The translations under genes were made by a program, and so were the position numbers. Shown here one piece after another: positions 40,973-52,173 of a stretch of 64,000 bases of DNA. Within the stretch, counting starts at the first letter, position 1, and each line of letters starts with the position of its first letter. Where the stretch lies: NCBI GenBank assembly GCA_046563655.1, contig CM102283.1, forward strand, positions 2,976,001-3,040,000, in the 5' to 3' direction. The DNA comes from Yuukianura sp. NJ FZ-2021. Its lineage: Eukaryota. The notes below the pieces were generated by a model. The model had not been told where the DNA came from. It was given only the letters and a program-made list of their open reading frames with translations, and ran no database searches.

Positions 40973-43911
40973 ATGATTGACCCTGACCCACCACCACTCG
41001 TCAGTATCAGGACAGACACAGGCGTGCCAGGATTTAGAAGAAGACATGGATTCATCAGTCGAAATGCTGAACGAAATGCATCGATTGTCAGTGGATTTGA
41101 ACTTCCAGAACAAAATGGAAATGGAGAAGATTTATTCAATTCTAGTACAGGTTTGGACGTGGGAACGGAAGACGACAATGAAACGGAGAAGAAACGAAGA
41201 TTTAGAGATTATGCGAGGTCAGATGAAAGGTCAAATGTTCCGTTGGAATTGGGCAGTGAAGGAAATTCGGCAGCGTTTCCTGGCGGAGTTGGATTACTAT
41301 TCTGCAAACGATTTCTTAAAATTAACTGGATCTTATTTACTTCTATCTGCTCTATGTCAGCACTCCTTCTCCTGTTTTTGATCTTCATCTGTCTTTTGAG
41401 TAAGTCGAAACCGATACATTCTTACTATAAGCCTAAAAAGTGTATTTTAGTTTTGACATTTTCTGTTTTGGTTAATTTTTAGATGAATTTGTGGTGTACC
41501 AAGTGGGACTTGTGCCGAGCCGATTCTATAAAGTCCTTGGAGAAAGAGATTTCGATGGATTTGTGAGGACAACCGTCGTATCACTGGGAATTATCGTGGC
41601 AGTAGCTCTGGTATTTGATCAATAGAAAGATTTTGTGGATTAAAAAAATTTATTGCATGTAGTTAATCTTCTGATTAACCTTTTTTAAGGTAAAAAGTAT
41701 GATGGATTACACTTCCAAATTATTAACAGTCAACTGGCGACAGACATTGAGTTTATCACTGCACAAGATGTATTTTACGCGGATGTATTACTACCAACTC
41801 AACGCCCTTGACAAAGTCATTGACAATCCGTACGTTACAGTCACTTAAGCTTTTAGTAGTTTGTTGCAGGCGAATGCTGGGACAAACGCAGTACTTTTTG
41901 TATTGTTTCAGCGATCAGCGCATTACACAAGACGTCGACAAGTTTACTAGTCTCTACGGCGAAGTCCTGCCAAAGTTTGTAGTAGCTCCGTTTGTCATCA
42001 CCTATTACTCGTACCAAGCATTTTCCACGTAAGAGTCACAGACATGACGTGATCGCTAAATTTTAGTAAAACATACATGACCTTTGACCTTTTCGCTTCT
42101 ATAGTGCCGGTTGGCCTGGTCCGTTGAGCTGTTTTGTATTTTTCGTACTTGGGTCATTGGTCAACCGATTGGCAATGCTGTCCATAGTCAAACTTACCGT
42201 CCAACAGGAGAAATGCGAGGGAGATTTTAGGTAATCGATCGATCGCTTGATAATCTTTGATTGTTATGAAAATTAGAAGTTGAGAAATTTTTGTGTTGTA
42301 GATTTATTCACATGCTGATTCGTGTCAACTCGGAATCAATCGCATTTCAAGATGGATCTAGATGTGAAGGAGCCAAAGCAAATGAATCTCTGAACCAACT
42401 GATTTCCACACAAAACAAACTCTACTTCCGTCAATTCATTTTAAACATTTGCGTCAACTTGTTTCAGTACCTTGGATCCATTCTGAGTTACTTGATCGTT
42501 GCCATTCCAATATTCACTGGAGTCTATGACTCCTTGACCCCAACTGACCTTTCGGTTGTCATCAGTCAGGTAAAACGAAACTGATCAACTGATGTTTGAA
42601 ACTGATTTTTGATTTTGAATTTTTGAGCTTTTTGAAACTCGATTGACAGATATTAATCTAAATTTTTTCGTTTTACAGAATTCGTTTGTGAACATGTATC
42701 TCATCTTCCAATTTTCACAACTGGTTGACCTTTCTACTAAAGTCGCTCAAGTCATTGGCCTCACTCATCGTCTTTCTCAATTGATTGAGCGTTTAGGAGA
42801 ATTCAATGAAATCTGGAAAGACTTGTTTCCATTTGATGGAGAAGATGAGGCAAAATGTGACTTTTCAAAATTTGAGTATTACCGCCGAGTCCAGGAGGAA
42901 GTATTGCACAACGCAGACATTGGAGCCTGCGTCCCTCAACCAATCATCGCTTGGGAACTATCACATGTGTTCTACTCTCCGCCCTTTCGAGACGACGTTC
43001 TAGTTGCTGGTAACATTTTTAAAGAAATTAATTTGTGGAAGTGGTCGGTGGTTTTGCAAGTGGTAGGTGGTCGGGAAAGTGGTAGGTGGTCGAGGAAATT
43101 GTTGTTTTTTTTTTTCAAAAACGTTTTTTTTTTTAACGTTTTGCGACAGATTTGACGATGAACATCTACGTGGGGCAGTCTCTGCTGATTGTTGGTAGCA
43201 GTTCGGCGGGGAAATCGAGTTTACTGCGCATCCTCCGTGGTCTTTGGCCTCCTACACACGGCAGAGTGAAGCGATTCCATCCACCGGGTCCAGCCGGAGC
43301 GTTCTACTGTCCGCAAAAACCGTTTCTTACTGTCGGAACTCTTCGGGAACAAGTAAAACGGAAAAAAAAATGTTTGAAAGTGAATGTATGAAAACTAACA
43401 TTGACATTCCCGCGTTTTTTCGTCTGTGCAGGTCTGTTTCCCGCTCAAACCAAGTGAAGACGACAGTCAAAGTCGAAGAGATGCCATGCGGATTGTCAAC
43501 TACTTGAAATTACTCAATTTAAAACATGTACTGGATCGAGTTGGTGGGATTGACGTTCCAGTGAGCTGGAGCACGTAAGTTCATGTTTCATTTCAAAATT
43601 CAGCTTAAGTTTCCAAAATTCTGTTTGATTTCAAAAATGAATTTTTTTAATTTTTCAGATACGAATCTCTTTCACCTGGAGAAATCCAGCGCCTGTGCTT
43701 CCTCCGTGTCTTTTTCCATAAGCCTCTTCTGGCCATCCTAGATGAGGCTACAAGTGCTCTTCCAGAGGTCATGGAGACCATTTTGTACAAGGAATGTCAA
43801 CGACTGGGCATAACCACCATTAGTGTAGCTCATCGTGAGTCGGTTAAAGCTTATCATCAACGATTACTCACCTTGGAGTCACATGGAAGATGGACACTAA
43901 CGAACCTTTGA
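40973..43911 (+). CDS. ABCD4: ABC transporter subfamily D member 4 (lysosomal cobalamin exporter homolog), about 711 aa
   Basis: 10 exons: 40973-41399, 41483-41610, 41690-41829, 41912-42028, 42105-42230, 42302-42569, 42679-43009, 43150-43352, 43432-43574, 43659-43911. Motifs IDNPDQRITQD, EGDFRFIH, Walker A GSSSAGKSSLLR, LSPGEIQRL, ILDEATSAL, SVAHR. Start codon less certain. Confidence 0.92.
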
Positions 43912-44100
43912 TTCGGAAATCTCAGCTGATTTTTAAAGAAACATTTTTAGTCATGCAGCTTTAACTGTAAGTTTTAAATTTTTAAATAAAGTTTTAAACT
44001 ACGTATTGTTTAACATTGCAATGTTTTGTAATTACCGCTAAAAGGTTTTCCAACATTTTCTAGTTTAGACTACTGCACACAACTCTACTAAAATGCTGAA

Positions 44101-45853
44101 TTACGTTTGGGATTCGTTTTTCGTTTGTTTTTTAGGTTTGGTTCGCTTTTTAGCCGAAAAACGACGTCGTGATGCGTTATTTTTTTGCAGGGCGGCCTTC
44201 AGCATTGCTGCGAGTTCCTGATTGGCCGGTTCCCAGTTGACCTTGAGCGATCGTTCTTGTATTCTGCGAGAAGCTTGTCCCAAAGTATAAGCGATTGAGT
44301 TAACTATCCGTTTTCTTTCAGCTGGACGCATTATTTCCCGCCAGTATCGGTCCACTTGACTGAAGTTATCGGAGTTCGGTGTGTCAACTGCTTCGATCAG
44401 GCCACCCTTAATCTTCGTCTTGGTCAGTTTTGCCTTGCGGTCAACATATGGACCATTGAACGAATTCGGAAACACGTTCGGTCCACCGTCTCCGTTTCCA
44501 TCGATATTCATGAAACCGTCTCTGAGGTACGAGTGACCTTTGACCCCTGGTGCAGGACCATTGATCGGAAGCTGGAAAAAGTTTGATCCAAGACGATGAA
44601 ACTGTGCATGAAGATAAGCAAACGGACGTCCTTGGAGTAGTCGATCTGGACTTAACTGGATACCGGGAACAAGATTTCCTGGATTGAATGCTGCTTGTTC
44701 AACGTCGTTAAAGAAGTCTCCTGGATTTTGATTCAAAACTAATCGCCCAACTTCTATAAGCGGGAATTCCTTTTCAAATAGTATCTTGGTAGGATCAAAC
44801 AAATCAAAGTCAGCTGGTTTGGAATCTGATAGGGTAAACTTCTGTACATAGAGAGTCCAACTGGGATACTTCTTTGATCCAATGGCGTTGTAGAGGTCAC
44901 GTGTCATATAATCCGGATCTTCTCCAGCCAATTTCACACAACTTGTGAACTTCGCTACTTTTATTTTTCGATTTGGACGAAGGTGATACCGAACAAAGAT
45001 GTGATCAGTTGTTCGTTTCGTTCCGCCGACCCATCTGAATGAATTAACTGAAAAGCCGTGCATGTGTCTAAAATTTCGCGGGAACCCGAAATCCGAATGT
45101 TTCAAAAGTACGTGCAATGTGGACTCGGGGCGAAGAGACACAAAGTCATACTCGGCATCGTAGTCTTTGAGATTCGTTACGGGATTGCGCTGGAAAGATC
45201 TCGTCATGGCCGGATCTAGAATCGGATCACGGCTAATCGATACCGGAACGCTCTGCATTAACAGATCGTAGTTCCCGTCTACTGTTTTGAATTTGACCGC
45301 GAAACCGCGTAAGTCCCCCAAAGTGCTCGGACCGCCCTGGTTCCCGGCGAACTTTGAAAATCGGACTACTACCGGCGTTTTGGTACCGGTTCGGTGAAAC
45401 ACTTTGGCTTTCGTGTACCGTGACATGTCCTGTGTCACTTCAAAGTATCCCTTGGCTCCGGTCCCTTTGGCGAAATGAAGCCGTTCCGGAATCCGTTCCC
45501 GGGTGAATGTGGCCAGTTGAACTTGTGAGTTCAGGTCTAGTAGAAGTATCGGACCCTTTCGGCCAATCCCGAGAGTCGCAAGGAGCGTTGGTACATGCGC
45601 GTAGTTGTTACCAGTGGCTGGATGCTTGCTACGATGACTGGCAGCCCACAGTGGCAGCTGATCTTCGGCAGGCCCTACAAAATCAAAATTTAAACTGAAA
45701 GTTTTGAAACAAAATTTTGAAAACGTGTTTATGTTCTTGTCGGTAATGTCAATTAATCCCGAAAAAAATGTGCTTTTTAAAAATAATTTTACCTGCCGGA
45801 ATAACTTCAAAACAAAACCCAATTAGGCCAACTAGAATCAAAATCGCCTTCAT
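44101..45853 (-). CDS. Secreted catalase-like protein 1 (544 aa); distal His and Asn substituted
   Basis: Exon 1 45853-45793 encodes MKAILILVGLIGFCFEVIPA (signal-peptide-like); exon 2 45674-44101. Motifs RERIPERLHFAKG, RGFAVKF, VEQAAFNPGN, LLQGRPFAY. Confidence 0.9.
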
Positions 45854-46158
45854 TTTCCTGCGCACCACAAAACGAAAGTATAACGTTATTTCTTTTTTTT
45901 TTTGGTTAAAAAGCAAATTTTGCTTTTGCTTCCAATTTTATTATGATTTTATTCATGAACTGTCACCTCACAAGTGTTTTAATTTTAATTAGTAACATTA
46001 AAATTAATTAGCCGATTATGGAAACAAGTTTTTGGGGTCAATGACTTCTGCAGTTTTCACGCAGAAAACAAATGCGTCCACAATCCTCTCAAATATGTTC
46101 TTTTATAACTTAAAATTACTTTAATAATTTAACTTCTTAATTTTTCAAATTTCCTGCC

Positions 46159-48044
46159 CTATAACATCTTAACTCCTCCTGAAAACTTTTTCTTTCGGCC
46201 GGCGAGATTGGCTGCCGGTTTGGCCATTTCTTCTCTGAGGCGTTTTCCAATCTCGTCGTTGATTGGATCCCAGTTGACCCGGAGTGACCTCTCCTGAATC
46301 TCCTTGGAAGCTCCGGCTAAGTGTTGGGCCAGGGCTACTATCGTGTCGGTTCTCTGTTTCGGACTCATGATTTCCCGGTAATACCGATCGATTTGGGAGT
46401 AGTGGTCGGCGTCTGGCAATCCGTTATTATCATAGGCGTCAATTTCTCCAGCGTCAACAGAGGTAGGTGACCCCCCGACTGACGGGTCAACGTATGGACC
46501 GTTGAATGAGTTAGGGTAGTACGCAGGGCCTCCATCCCCATTTCCATCTATGTTCATCGCTCCATCTCTAAAGTAGCTTTGACCTTTGACCTTTCCCAAA
46601 GGTCGGTTGATCGGAAGCTGAAAAAAGTTGGATCCGAGACGATGGATTTGCGTATGAAGGTATCCGAGGACTCGTCCTTGGAGAAGTCTGCAACATCCAA
46701 AAATCATGGGTCAATTTTTGAGTTAATCCGGATCTCAGAGTCAGGATTAACCCTTATGTTAACCCTCAGTCAGCTGGCTACGGTTCCCGTGTTCTACCCT
46801 TGTTCACTAACCTGTCAGGGCTAATTTCGATTCCTGGAATTAAATTTCCCGGGTCAAATGCTACTTGCTCCACGTCATTGAAGTAGTCTGTTGGATTTTC
46901 ATTTAAAATCAATTTTCCCACTTCGATAAACGGAAAATCGTCCGGAAACAGTATTTTGGTTGGGTTAAACATATGGAATTTTGCTGCCTCCACATCCTTC
47001 ATTGTAAACATTTGGACAAAAAGTGTATACGTCGGGTACTTCTTTTTTGCAATGGCATTGTACAGGTCACGCACCATATAATCCGGATCGACTCCAGCTC
47101 TTCGCTTATACGTCTTAATGGAAGACGTAACCGGTTTCAAGTCCGGTATCACGTGGTACCGGACGAATACCGGTTTTTCCTTCGTTTCGGTACCGCCAGT
47201 CCACTTGAATGCATTAAGCGCATGACCTTCCATGTGGCGGTAATTTTTAAAGTAACTCAAATTTGAATGGATCAGAAACACGTTGAAGGTTGCCTCAGGT
47301 CGGTAGGAGATAAAATCAAAATACATGTTCGGATCGTCGATAAACGTTGACGGATTCTTCCTGCGACTTCGAGAAAGTTGGGAAAACAGAATGACGTCAG
47401 AAATCGGAAAAACCGGAACATTGATCATTGTCAAATCATAAACTCCTTGTTCAGTTTTGAATTTGATTGAAAATCCGCGCTGATCCTGGACAGTGTCAGC
47501 TGATCCGAGACTACCAGCCACAGTAGAGAGTCTGACGACAACTGGAGTTTTCTTCCCAACGTGGGAAAATAGGGTTGCCCGAGTGAATCTTGACATTTCG
47601 TTTGTGACGACGAAGTACCCCTTGGCCCCTGCTGCTTTAGCATGCACTACTCGTTCTGGAATACGGGCATTTACGGTATTGGCGATGTATGATTGGTAGT
47701 TGAAGTCCTGCCACACGAGGGGGCCCTTAGCTCCAACACTTTGAGTGGCTGTAAGGGACGGAACTGGTTGATAGTTCCCTCCAATGGCACGAACTTTTTT
47801 GGGATTTGCACGTCTCCATTTTTCTAACTGCTTGTCAGCTGGATCCCGCCCTGGAGAAGTTCAAAATTCAAAATTTATAGAGAAAAAAATTTTTTTTTCA
47901 TAAAATTTTTTGAATTCGGGAGGTCTAGTCAGTCTAGTGTTAAATGTTGTTGAATGTGTTAATCGTACGGTAGGTAGAGGTGAACGTGACAAAAACCGCC
48001 AAAACTAAAATTTGAAAAAATAAAAAAAATGAAAAGCGAGTCAT
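46159..48044 (-). CDS. Secreted catalase-like protein 2 (547 aa)
   Basis: Exons 48044-47969 (MTRFSFFLFFQILVLAVFVTFTSTY), 47850-46812, 46687-46159. Motifs RIPERVVHAKA, RLSTVAG, VEQVAFDPGN, LLQGRVLGY. Confidence 0.92.
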
Positions 48045-48311
48045 TCTCTGTTTCAATGAAAAAAAAAGAACAAAGTACAGCGAAATGCAACTTTCTGTGA
48101 TTTCTATGCTGAAGTGTTTGAAAAGCAATAATTTACAGAAATTTTCTATTCATTGACAAACTGTCATCTCACAAGTGTTTTAATTACTTCATGTGACACT
48201 AAAATCAATTAACTTATTATGGAAACATTTGTTTGGGGGGTCAATGACCTCTCAAGTGCAAACGCAGATACAACGTGTCCAGAATTCCCTCAAATATGTT
48301 TTTAAGTAATT

Positions 48312-50400
48312 TTAACTTTTTGAATTTTTAAATCTCCCACTCCTTAACATCCTAACTCCTCCAGAAAACTTGTTTTTTCTTCTTCCAGCGACATTGCTTG
48401 TCTCTTTGGCTTCCAGTTTGGCGATTTCTTGCCTGAGGCGTTTTCCTATCTCGTCGTTGATTGGATCCCAGTTGACCCGGAGTGACCTCTCTTGGATCTC
48501 CTTGGAAACTCCGACTAAGTGTTGCGCCAGGGCTACTATCGTGTCGGTTCTCTGTTTCGGACTCATGATTTCCCGGTAATACCGATCAATTTGGGAGAAG
48601 TGGTCGGCGTCTGGCAGATTGTTATTATCATAGGCGTCAATTTCCCCAGCGTCAACAGGGGTAGTTGACCTCCCGGCTGATGGGTCAACGTATGGGCCGT
48701 TGAAGGAGTTAGGGTAATACGCAGGGCCTCCATCGCCGTTTCCATCTATGTTCATCGCTCCATCTCTAAAGTAGCTTTGACCTTTGACCTTTCCCAAAGG
48801 CCGGTTGATCGGAAGCTGAAAAAAGTTCGGTCCGAGACGATGGGTTTGTGTATGAATGTATGCGAGGATTCGTCCTTGGAGGAGCCTGCAAGTTTTAAAA
48901 AGTTTCATCGGTCAATTTCCGGTAACTATTCGACCATTGATTTGGATTTAGAGTTCCCGCCGCGCGTTCCGTTTCCGTTTTTTACCAAAAACGGAAACGA
49001 AACGACAGGTACCGTTTAAAAAAATACAAAAAACGAAAACGGAAAGTCGTAAAACGGGAAACGAAACGGACTTTCCGTTTTTTTTTAATTTTTTGAAACG
49101 GTACCTGTCGTTTCGTTTCACGTTTTACCCGGAAACGGCGGAAACCCTATTTGGATCTATATGAAACCAAACATTGACCCGGCTAACCTGTCAGGGCTGA
49201 TTTCTATCCCGGGAATGAGATTTCCCGGGTTATAGGCTACTTGCTCTACGTCATTGAAGTAATCGGTTGGATTTTCATTCAAAATCAATTTTCCCACTTC
49301 GATTAACGGGAAATCGGCGTGAAACAGCATTTTGGTTGGATCGAACATATCAAATTTTGCCGCCTTCACATCCTTCATTGTAAACATCTGCACAAACAGT
49401 GTATACTTTGGATACTTCTTTCTTGCAATAGCATTGTACAGGTCACGCAACATGTAGTCCGGATCAAGTCCCGCTCTTCGGTTATACATCTTAACCGAAC
49501 ACGTTACCGGTTTCAAGTCCGGTAGCATTTGGTATCGGACGAATACCGGCTCTTCCTTAGTTTCGGTACCTCCAGTCCACTTGAATGCCGTAATTGCATG
49601 ACCTTCCATGTGGCGGTAATTTTTAAAGTAACTCAAATTTGAATGTAGCAGAAACACGTTGAACGTACTTTCGGGTCGGAATGAGGTATAATCAAAATAC
49701 ATGTTGGAATCGCTAAGATACGTCGACGGATTTTTCGTGCGACTTCGGGAAACTTCGGGAAATAACATGACGTCACGAATCGGGAAAGCCGGGACATTGA
49801 CCATCAGCAAATCGTAAATTCCTTGTTCAGTTTTGAATTTGACACCAAATCCGCGCTGATCAGCGGCCGTATCAGCTGATCCGAGACTACCAGCCACCGT
49901 AGAGAGTCTGACGACAACTGGAGTTTTCTTCCCAACGTGGGAAAATAGGGTTGCCCGAGTGAATCTTGACATTTCGTTTGTGACGACGAAGTACCCCTTG
50001 GCCCCTGCTGCTTTGGCATGCACTACACGTTCTGGAATGCGGGCATTTACGGTATTGGCGATGTATGATTGGTAGTTGAAGTCCTGCCACACGAGGGGGC
50101 CCTTAGCCCCAACACTTTGAGTGGCTGTAAGGGACGGAACTGGTTGATAGTTCCCTCCAATGGCACGAACTTTTTTGCGATGTGCACGTCTCCATTTTTC
50201 TAACTGCTTGTCAGCTGGATCCCGCCCTGGAGAAGTTCAAAATTAAAAATTTATAGAGAAAGAAAAATTTCTTAGAAAATTTTTTAAATTGAGAATGTCT
50301 AGTGTTAAATGTTGTTGAATGTGTTAATCTCACGGTAGGTTGAGGCGAACGTCACTAAAACCGCCAAAACTAAAATTTGAAACATTGAAAAGCGAGCCAT
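48312..50400 (-). CDS. Secreted catalase-like protein 3 (559 aa), close paralog of protein 2
   Basis: Exons 50400-50334 (MARFSMFQILVLAVLVTFASTY), 50226-49188, 48885-48312. Same motifs as protein 2, with LLQGRILAY. Confidence 0.92.
48949..49149. mobile_element. 201-bp hAT-like MITE in intron 2 of catalase-like gene 3
   Basis: TIRs TAGAGTTCCCGCCG and TAGGGTTTCCGCCG (12/14). 8-bp TSD TTTGGATT / TTTGGATC. Multiple AAACGG motifs and an internal inverted repeat. Absent from the paralogous intron of gene 2. Confidence 0.8.
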
Positions 50401-50851
50401 TCTCTGTTTCAATAAAAAAAGAACAAAAGAACAAACAAAAAGCTCATCAATTTTCTGGGATTTCTAAGCTGAAGTGTTTCAAAAGCGATAATTTAGTCCA
50501 TTTTCACCTGTGGAATTAATTAGTTTAGTTAACTTAGTTAATTAGTGTTGAAAGTAACGTTATTACATTCTGTCAAACAGGCTTCCGCAGTTAGTTGAGG
50601 TAAATGTCCTTCGGTTTTTTTTATTCAACTTACTTTATGTTTTATTCATATTTTCAAGACCTAAAAATCTTTGAAACCTAAAATTCGAAATGTTTTAGAA
50701 GCTGTCAAGGCAACAGTTCCGTTCCGTATCGTTTGTTCCGTTTACAAACCAAATTGGAACTTTACGCGGATTTGAATGCATTACAATGAAATTTTAGGAT
50801 GTTCTTCAAATTAAAATTTTATTTCGAAAAATATGTTTCACTGATTATCAA

Positions 50852-52173
50852 ATGGACGGAATTCATGTAGTGGACGCTGTTGAGGACGCTGACGAAGAAG
50901 ATCACGAAGACGGGGACGAAGTTTTCGCAATTCCGGCAGTTCCGCCGCTTGTTCAAATTCAAAATGGCTGCTGTCCCAAACTCTGGAAACTTTTTTTCAT
51001 TGTGCAAACCTGTTTTGTTGTAAGCGCACTTACTGTCTTTCTGACTTCTATTTCTAGAATTCAATTTCCCAATGTTAAGCTCAACTTCTTAATGTTAAAA
51101 CTCAATTTCCCAATGTTAAACTCGAGTTCCCAATGCTAAAACGCTTAGAATCTTAATTTCCCAGTGTTAAAACCGAATTTCTCGTCTTCCAGCTGTTTTT
51201 CCTGGACATTGCCTTTGTACCCTTGAAGAAGCATGCGTGTAACCCCTTCAAGGGCCTCTCCTGGAACTACGAAAACAACACAACCTTCAGGGATCGGTCA
51301 TGTCACGGTCATGGATGCTGGGAAAAACAGGAACAGTGTTTACAGAACTGCTTAGCCTATGACCGTTGGCTGGCCGATTGGGAGGCGGATCCAAAATCAG
51401 CCAATCGCCATCGTCATCCAGACATCTACCCAAATCCACTCTGTTTCTACTGGGAAGAAGGCAATTGGACAACGGCCGAACAAGATTCAAATTTTTCCGC
51501 CAGAAAATTCCTTCTTATGAAAAAACGTGCGGAAACGACCGACTGGCGGCGCAGAACAGCTTCTTTCTGGAACGTCTCAAGCCTCATCATTCTCCTCGTC
51601 TGGTTCGTCATTTTCTGCAGTCAATGTACCCAGGACTACGTGAGTTCATTGACCTTTGACTTTGACTTTTGACCTTTGACCTTTGACCTTGACCTTAGAA
51701 GATGACCTCTGTCCTGCTCCTTGCTGCGTCACTGGCCATGTACTACGTTGGGAACTACTTGGGCCACGAAGCGATTGACATGCTGCGATGCTTCACGCGG
51801 TGGGTAGAGTTCAATGACACGACAGGACGCCCTCTGGGGTACAATTTTTTTGTGTTTTGCGGCGACGAGCGATCGATCACCGTCCACGATGAGCAAGGAT
51901 TGCAAGTTTTTTACCTCCCGCCAATGCCCCGGAGTTGGACCATTTCGTATTACTTGCTGGTAGGTCAATGACCGTTGACCTTTGTTTGACCTTGACCTTT
52001 GTAAGTGACCTTGACCTTTGACCTTTCAGGGAATTCGAGCTACGGTGCCGCTGATACTGATTTTCATCTGGGCATGCTGTGCCTTCCTGGGTCCAGATTT
52101 CTACCACCATCGAGCCACCACGTTTGTACATGTGATCATGCACAGAGTGTGGCAAAATGCTAGACGAGGATGA
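50852..52173 (+). CDS. Uncharacterised 339-aa four-TM protein with claudin/PMP22-like topology
   Basis: Exons 50852-51019, 51193-51639, 51699-51959, 52030-52173, all phase 0. TM1, a long Cys-rich loop, a TM2-TM3 hairpin, a second loop, then SWTISYYLLG leading into TM4. Confidence 0.75.

Noticed and set aside
45675-45822. N-terminus of the 573-aa ORF (MGFVLKLFRQ...)
   Set aside because: Read-through of intron 45675-45792 from a non-ATG start; the true first exon is in another frame and encodes the signal peptide.
46159-50092. Catalase genes 2 and 3 as split pseudogenes
   Set aside because: The breaks are clean phase-2 GT-AG introns and the spliced frames are intact.
40973-50400. ABCD transporter plus catalases as a peroxisomal cluster
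   Set aside because: The transporter is ABCD4-type (lysosomal), and the catalases have signal peptides and no canonical PTS1.
44101-50400. Bacterial contamination or recent HGT of the catalases
   Set aside because: Spliceosomal introns, an animal-like N-terminus and host-like flanks argue against it; only a phylogeny could fully exclude ancient HGT.
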